Source of the DNA: an uncultured Subdoligranulum sp.
GTDB taxonomy: Bacteria; Bacillota; Clostridia; Oscillospirales; Ruminococcaceae
Length of the DNA: 64,000 bases
Assembly: GCF_900545545.1 (NCBI RefSeq)
Contig: NZ_UQZO01000012.1
Direction: 5' to 3' (one strand)
Positions 59,846 through 64,000 of the stretch are shown here, one piece after another. Made by a program: the position numbers and the translations under genes. Numbering within the stretch: the stretch's first letter is position 1; every line of letters begins with the position of its first letter. The notes beneath the pieces were generated by a model that was given only the letters and a program-made list of their open reading frames with translations, was not told the DNA's origin and ran no database searches.

Positions 59846-59860
59846 AGGAAAATCCTCCGT

Positions 59861-59892
59861 GAATTCGTATTCTTACGATTGCATAAGTATTC
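59861..59892. promoter_or_regulatory. Two degenerate copies of the LacI operator at the regulator promoter
   Basis: GAATTCGTATTC (59861-59872) and GCATAAGTATTC (59881-59892) compared with core GAATACGTATTC. Confidence 0.6.
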
Positions 59893-60018
59893 TACAATAA
59901 CTTGACGCCTGATTCCATTCGTGGAACGTACAAATTTTTGACGCATATTTTGTGCAGTATTTCGGCAAAGGCCCGCAAAAAGGCCCCGCACCGCGCAGGC
60001 GGTACGGGGCCGGTGGGG

Positions 60019-61380
60019 TTATTCTTCTATGGCAAAGGTCATGGGGCGCAGGGGCTGCACCGTGGCGTCGGCCCCCTGTACCGCAACGGGGATGGTGCTG
60101 TCCGCCGGGTAGAACCGGGTGGAAAACACGGTGGTACCTCCGCCACAGTAGAACTCCAGCGAGGCGCGGTCCGCCACCAGGTCCACCGTCAGCGGGCCTT
60201 CACCGCACACCGCCCGGCGCAGGGTACGGCCGCCGCCCAGGGCCTCGTCGTCAAAGCGCAGGGTCAGCCGCCCGGCCCCGGTGTCCCGTTCCAGGCGCAG
60301 CCCCCCGGCCAGGGTCAGGGTGAAATCGCGGTCGGCGGTCATCCGCAGCCGGAAGGGCAGCGGCAGCGCAAGGGTCTGCCCCGCCGTCAGGGCCAGGGGC
60401 TGGCCGTCGGCCAAGGCGTCCAGTTCCCGGAGGGGGCGCTGGCAAAGGCCGTCGGGCCCGGCTTCGATCTCCCGGGGCAGGGTCAGGCAGTGCTGCCAGC
60501 CCAGGGCGGCGGTGGGGTTGCGGTAGTCGGCGTCGGGCATGCCCATCCAGCCGATGAGCAGCAGGCGGCCGTCGGGAGCCTGCAGGGTCTGGGGGGCATA
60601 GAAGTCAAAGCCCTTGTCCCACTCGGTAAACCCGGACAGGGTGCCGGTCTCCAGGTCGCCGTTCAGGGCAAACCAGCCGCTCTGGTACTGGTTCTGGTTC
60701 TCCGTCTCCCCGTGGGGCAGGCCCTGGGGGCTGACGCTCAGCCAGCGGCGGCCGTCCAGGATAAAGTGGTCGGGGCACTCCCACATATAGCCGAAGGCGG
60801 GCGCCGGTTCCAGCACCCGGGCCAGCTCCCAGGCCAGGCCATCGGCGCTGCGGTAAAGCAGCACCCGCCCGGCGTCCTGCAGGCTGCGGGCGCCCAGCAG
60901 CATATACCAGCGGTCCGCTTCCCGCCAGACCTTGGGGTCCCGCACATGGAGGGAGCAGTCGGCCGGGTAGTCGGTGCTGGCCATCAGCCGCTGTTTGGGC
61001 CCTACATGGATGCCGTCGGGGGTTTCGGCCAGCAGGGTGTTGGCCTCCCGTCCTGTGTGGATGTAGTCGTAGGGGCCGGGATGCTTCACGTTGCCGGTGT
61101 AGTACAGCCGCAGCACCTCGCCGCAGGGCACCGCACAGCCCGAGTAGGCGCCGTTGCGCTCCCAGGGGGTGTCCGGCAGCAGGGGCTCGCCGGTAAAGGT
61201 CCAGTGCAGCAGGTCCGGGCTTTGCCAGTGGCCCCAGCCCTTGGCCGAAGTCCCGTCCGCACTGCCGGGGGAATACTGAAAAAAGACATGGTACAATCCA
61301 TGAAAAAAGCACAGCCCGTTGGGGTCGTTGAGCCAGCCCTGCGGCGGCTCCAGATGAAGGGCCTGACGCCAGTCTGCCAT
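60019..61380 (-). CDS. Second GH32 beta-fructofuranosidase/sucrose-6-phosphate hydrolase
   Basis: Motifs WLNDPNG, YSGCA, RDPKV, MWECP and GFDFYAPQT. Start reset to MADWRQ after AAGGAGG. Confidence 0.9.
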   Translation of the reverse strand: MADWRQALHLEPPQGWLNDPNGLCFFHGLYHVFFQYSPGSADGTSAKGWGHWQSPDLLHWTFTGEPLLPDTPWERNGAYSGCAVPCGEVLRLYYTGNVKHPGPYDYIHTGREANTLLAETPDGIHVGPKQRLMASTDYPADCSLHVRDPKVWREADRWYMLLGARSLQDAGRVLLYRSADGLAWELARVLEPAPAFGYMWECPDHFILDGRRWLSVSPQGLPHGETENQNQYQSGWFALNGDLETGTLSGFTEWDKGFDFYAPQTLQAPDGRLLLIGWMGMPDADYRNPTAALGWQHCLTLPREIEAGPDGLCQRPLRELDALADGQPLALTAGQTLALPLPFRLRMTADRDFTLTLAGGLRLERDTGAGRLTLRFDDEALGGGRTLRRAVCGEGPLTVDLVADRASLEFYCGGGTTVFSTRFYPADSTIPVAVQGADATVQPLRPMTFAIEE

Positions 61381-61450
61381 AAGGGACCTCCTTTGTTTTC
61401 CAAAAAAGAACGAGGCGGCGGTTGGCCCGCCTTCTGCAAAGATCTTTTTC

Positions 61451-61479
61451 AGTATAGCAAAAGCGGCGCCCGGATGCAA
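61451..61479 (-). promoter_or_regulatory. Sigma-A promoter for second GH32
   Basis: TTGCAT-17 nt-TATACT with extended -10 TG. Confidence 0.65.
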
Positions 61480-61600
61480 GGATACGGGAAAAGGACGTCA
61501 AGAAAGCAAGCCGCACCGCAGCATTGTATCCTTGCGGGCACCGGCAGTTTTTTCGATGCTTCGTGTCATTTTTCCGGTCAGATCACTTTATCTGTCCGGT

Positions 61601-61684
61601 TCAGGCATTGGCCGCCCGCATCCATTCTCCCTGTTTCGTTCCGCCCGTGGGCGCGAACACGATACCGTATAGTTTCCTGCCCAT
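61601..61684 (-). pseudogene. 27-codon ORF, probable N-terminal remnant of a flavodoxin-domain/ferredoxin gene
   Basis: Strong RBS AAAAGGAGG. MGRKLYGIVFAPTGGTKQ resembles the flavodoxin phosphate loop F-S-P-T-G-G-T. Confidence 0.45.
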
Positions 61685-61815
61685 ATCCTCCTTTTATGCG
61701 CCCATGCACCAGCAAATCCCGGAATGTATGTTCTCTGGAAGCATTGCCGCTTTTTTGGGGGGGGGGCAGCGGCTCAAACCTTGCATCCGCACTTCGGCTC
61801 CTCGCTCAAGCCAGG

Positions 61816-62589
61816 TCACTTTTCCATGAGCAGCCGTTCAATTTCCCGGGCGACGCCATCTTCGGTGTTAGGCTCGATGACCCGCTCCGCCAGGGCTTGC
61901 AGCGGCGCGGCCGCGTTGCCCATGGCGCGGGTGTGCACAAACGCCCGGAACAGGCTCAAATCATTGCAGCCGTCCCCAAAGACCAGTGCCTGGTCCGGCG
62001 CGATGCCGTACCGCTGCGCCACCCACCGGGCCATGGTGCCCTTTTGGGCGTCCCGGGCGGTGACTTCCAGGTTCCAGTCTGCGGAAGCGGTCACCGCAGC
62101 GTCGGGCAGGTCCTGCAGCGTCTGCCGGGCCCGGGCCAAGGCGTCCGGATTGCGGGAAAAGGCAAAGATCTTGCGCACCTGGGGCTGCCCGGCCCAGAAG
62201 GCAGCCAGCCGGGGCAAAGGCTGTGCCGTGGGGCACAGTTCGGTATCGGTGGTGAAATCCCCCGCATCGGTATTGATCTCCACACCCAGGTCATACCGGC
62301 GCAGCACCGCCACCGCATGGCGGGCCGTAGCGGGCGGCAGCGGTACCGCCCGCACCAGTTCCCCCTGAGCGGTACGGTATTCCGCCCCGTTGAGCAGTAC
62401 AAAGTCGCAGCTGACCCCGGCCTGCTGCAGCAGCGGTGCAGCGGTGCCCCAGGCCCGGCCGGTGGTCACCAGCAGCCGCAGCCCGGCCTGTCGGACTCGC
62501 TCCAGTGCTGCCGCTGTACCGGGGGTGATGACGCTCTCCGGCCCCAACAGGGTGCCGTCCAGATCACTGATCAGCAGTTGAATGGCCAT
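61816..62589 (-). CDS. Cof-type HAD-IIB sugar-phosphate phosphatase
   Basis: Motifs SDLDGTLL, TTGR, NGA, KG and FGDGCNDLSLF...AMGNA. Confidence 0.92.
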   Translation of the reverse strand: MAIQLLISDLDGTLLGPESVITPGTAAALERVRQAGLRLLVTTGRAWGTAAPLLQQAGVSCDFVLLNGAEYRTAQGELVRAVPLPPATARHAVAVLRRYDLGVEINTDAGDFTTDTELCPTAQPLPRLAAFWAGQPQVRKIFAFSRNPDALARARQTLQDLPDAAVTASADWNLEVTARDAQKGTMARWVAQRYGIAPDQALVFGDGCNDLSLFRAFVHTRAMGNAAAPLQALAERVIEPNTEDGVAREIERLLMEK

Positions 62590-64000
62590 ATTCCGTTTCC
62601 TCCTCCGCGCACAAAAGCACACTGTGTGCCGCAAAATCCTGTTTGCAGGGCGGCAGGGTCAGGCCCGCTTCCATCAGTTCGTCGCCGCCGTAGATTTCCC
62701 CGGTGGCGGCATCCCGATACTCCCGGGCAGGGTCCAGGCCGCAGAACTGAAACGCCGCCTGTTCCCCCAGCGGGTCGTAAAGGGTACGAAAAATCACCGC
62801 CAGGCAGCAGCTTTGGTCGGCACTGACCACCGAAGTCATACGGTCCCCCGGGCGGGTCACCGGGTGGCGCCAGAAGGTGCCCTGCATCAACCAGTTCCGC
62901 TGGGCTTTGGCCGTTGCCACCTGGGCGGCAATGGCGGCGCGTTCTTCCGGGGTGCAGCGGGTCAGGTCCAGCTCATACCCCAGGTTGAAGAGCCGCGCCA
63001 CCGCAAACCGGGTTTCCAGCGGAGTGGTGCGGCCGGTCTGGTGGTTGGGGGTGATGCTCACATGGGCCCCCAGCACCTCCGGCGGGTAGAGCAGGCTAAA
63101 CCCGGCCTGGATATCGGTGCGGTCCCGGGCGTCGGTGTTATCGCTGGTCCAGTTCTGGGCAAAATACGCCAGCATCCCCGCATCCAGCCGGGCGCCGCCA
63201 CTGGAACAGCCTTCAAAGAGAACTTGCGGGTAGCTTTGGGTGATTTCCCGCAGAATTTCATAGAGCCCCAGCACATACCGGTGGGGTACTTCCCCCTGCC
63301 GGTGGGCGGGCAAGGCTGCCGAGGCGGCATCGGTCAGCGGACGGTTCATATCCCATTTGATATAGTCGATCTTGCCGGTGCCCAGATAGCGGTGCAGCAC
63401 ATCCAGCAGATACCGCCGCACCTCCGCCCGGCTCAAATCCAGCAGATACTCGTGGCGCCCTTCCCGGGGGTCCAGCCCCGGCACCTGCAGGATCCAGTCG
63501 GGATGGGCGCGGTAGAGATCGCTCTCCCGGCTGACGGCTTCCGGCTCAAACCAGAGGCCGAATTTCAGCCCCAGTCCATGGACCAGGTCGGCGGCGGCTT
63601 CGATGCCGCCGGGCAGTTTGGCGGTGTTGCAGGTCCAGTCCCCCATGGAGGAGCGGCTGTCGTTGCCTTTGCGGAACCAGCCATCGTCCAGCACGAACAG
63701 TTCCATGCCCAGTTCTTTGGCCAGGCGGGCCTGGGTTTCGATCTTTTCCAGGCTGACGTCGTAGTACATGCCCTCCCAGGAATTGAGCAGAACGGGCCGG
63801 GGCACGCCCTGCCACCGGGGCGGCAGCATATGGCGGCGCAGCACAGTATGAAAACTATGGCTCATGCCGTTGAAGCCCTGCCCGCTGTAGGTCAGCAGGG
63901 CTTCGGGGGTCTCAAAGGTTTCGCCGGGGGCCAGCGTCCAGGTGAAGCTCTCGTCCCCCAGGCCCATCTGGGCGCGGACTGCGCCGAAAGCGTCCTGCTC
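62564..64000 (-). CDS. GH36 alpha-galactosidase, 5'-truncated by window edge
   Basis: Motifs LNSWEG.Y, FVLDDGWF, FGLWFEPE, YIKWDMNR, CSSGG and WTSDNTD. Frame is open to base 64000. Confidence 0.95.
   Translation of the reverse strand, partial: EQDAFGAVRAQMGLGDESFTWTLAPGETFETPEALLTYSGQGFNGMSHSFHTVLRRHMLPPRWQGVPRPVLLNSWEGMYYDVSLEKIETQARLAKELGMELFVLDDGWFRKGNDSRSSMGDWTCNTAKLPGGIEAAADLVHGLGLKFGLWFEPEAVSRESDLYRAHPDWILQVPGLDPREGRHEYLLDLSRAEVRRYLLDVLHRYLGTGKIDYIKWDMNRPLTDAASAALPAHRQGEVPHRYVLGLYEILREITQSYPQVLFEGCSSGGARLDAGMLAYFAQNWTSDNTDARDRTDIQAGFSLLYPPEVLGAHVSITPNHQTGRTTPLETRFAVARLFNLGYELDLTRCTPEERAAIAAQVATAKAQRNWLMQGTFWRHPVTRPGDRMTSVVSADQSCCLAVIFRTLYDPLGEQAAFQFCGLDPAREYRDAATGEIYGGDELMEAGLTLPPCKQDFAAHSVLLCAEEETEYGHSTADQ

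Noticed and set aside
55977..62826. 924-aa and 974-aa plus-strand ORFs
   Set aside because: Antisense shadows of the PTS, MBL, GH32 and HAD genes.

Overview
High-GC chromosomal window from an anaerobic gut-type Firmicute. Gene content suggests Oscillospiraceae (Subdoligranulum/Gemmiger/Faecalibacterium-like), which is inference only. It holds about 52 genes, and I found no rRNA, tRNA, CRISPR array, integrase or transposase. From left to right: an LNB/GNB uptake and phosphorolysis cluster (ABC permeases, GH112 lnpA, nahK); tspO; ccdA-tlpA; a GT4-DedA-GT4 glycolipid operon; an F1Fo ATP synthase operon divergent from a CitA/DcuS-type two-component system; gtrA; a ~2050-aa sortase-anchored transglutaminase-like surface protein; an ECF sigma/anti-sigma locus; a TetR-CrtI-like oxidoreductase-FNR/2Fe-2S operon; MATE; a 2-hydroxyacyl-CoA dehydratase-family pair with a fused activase; a PfkB kinase; a yybP-ykoY riboswitch ahead of a P-type ATPase; an OmpR-type two-component system with an ABC exporter; catA; a deletion scar; a PadR-flavoprotein-hydrolase unit; and a sucrose/raffinose cluster (two GH32, PTS IIBCA, PhnP-like MBL, LacI, HAD, GH36). 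The most unusual items are (1) an ATP synthase whose delta subunit is fused in-frame to alpha and whose gamma has an acidic C-terminal tail, placed head-to-head with a carboxylate-sensing-type two-component system; (2) the TetR/CrtI-like/FNR module of unknown substrate; (3) a structured, terminator-containing leader and an internal in-frame RBS in the dehydratase-activase operon; and (4) a PhnP-like hydrolase inside a sucrose PTS operon. All family calls come from motif recognition by eye, with no database searches.
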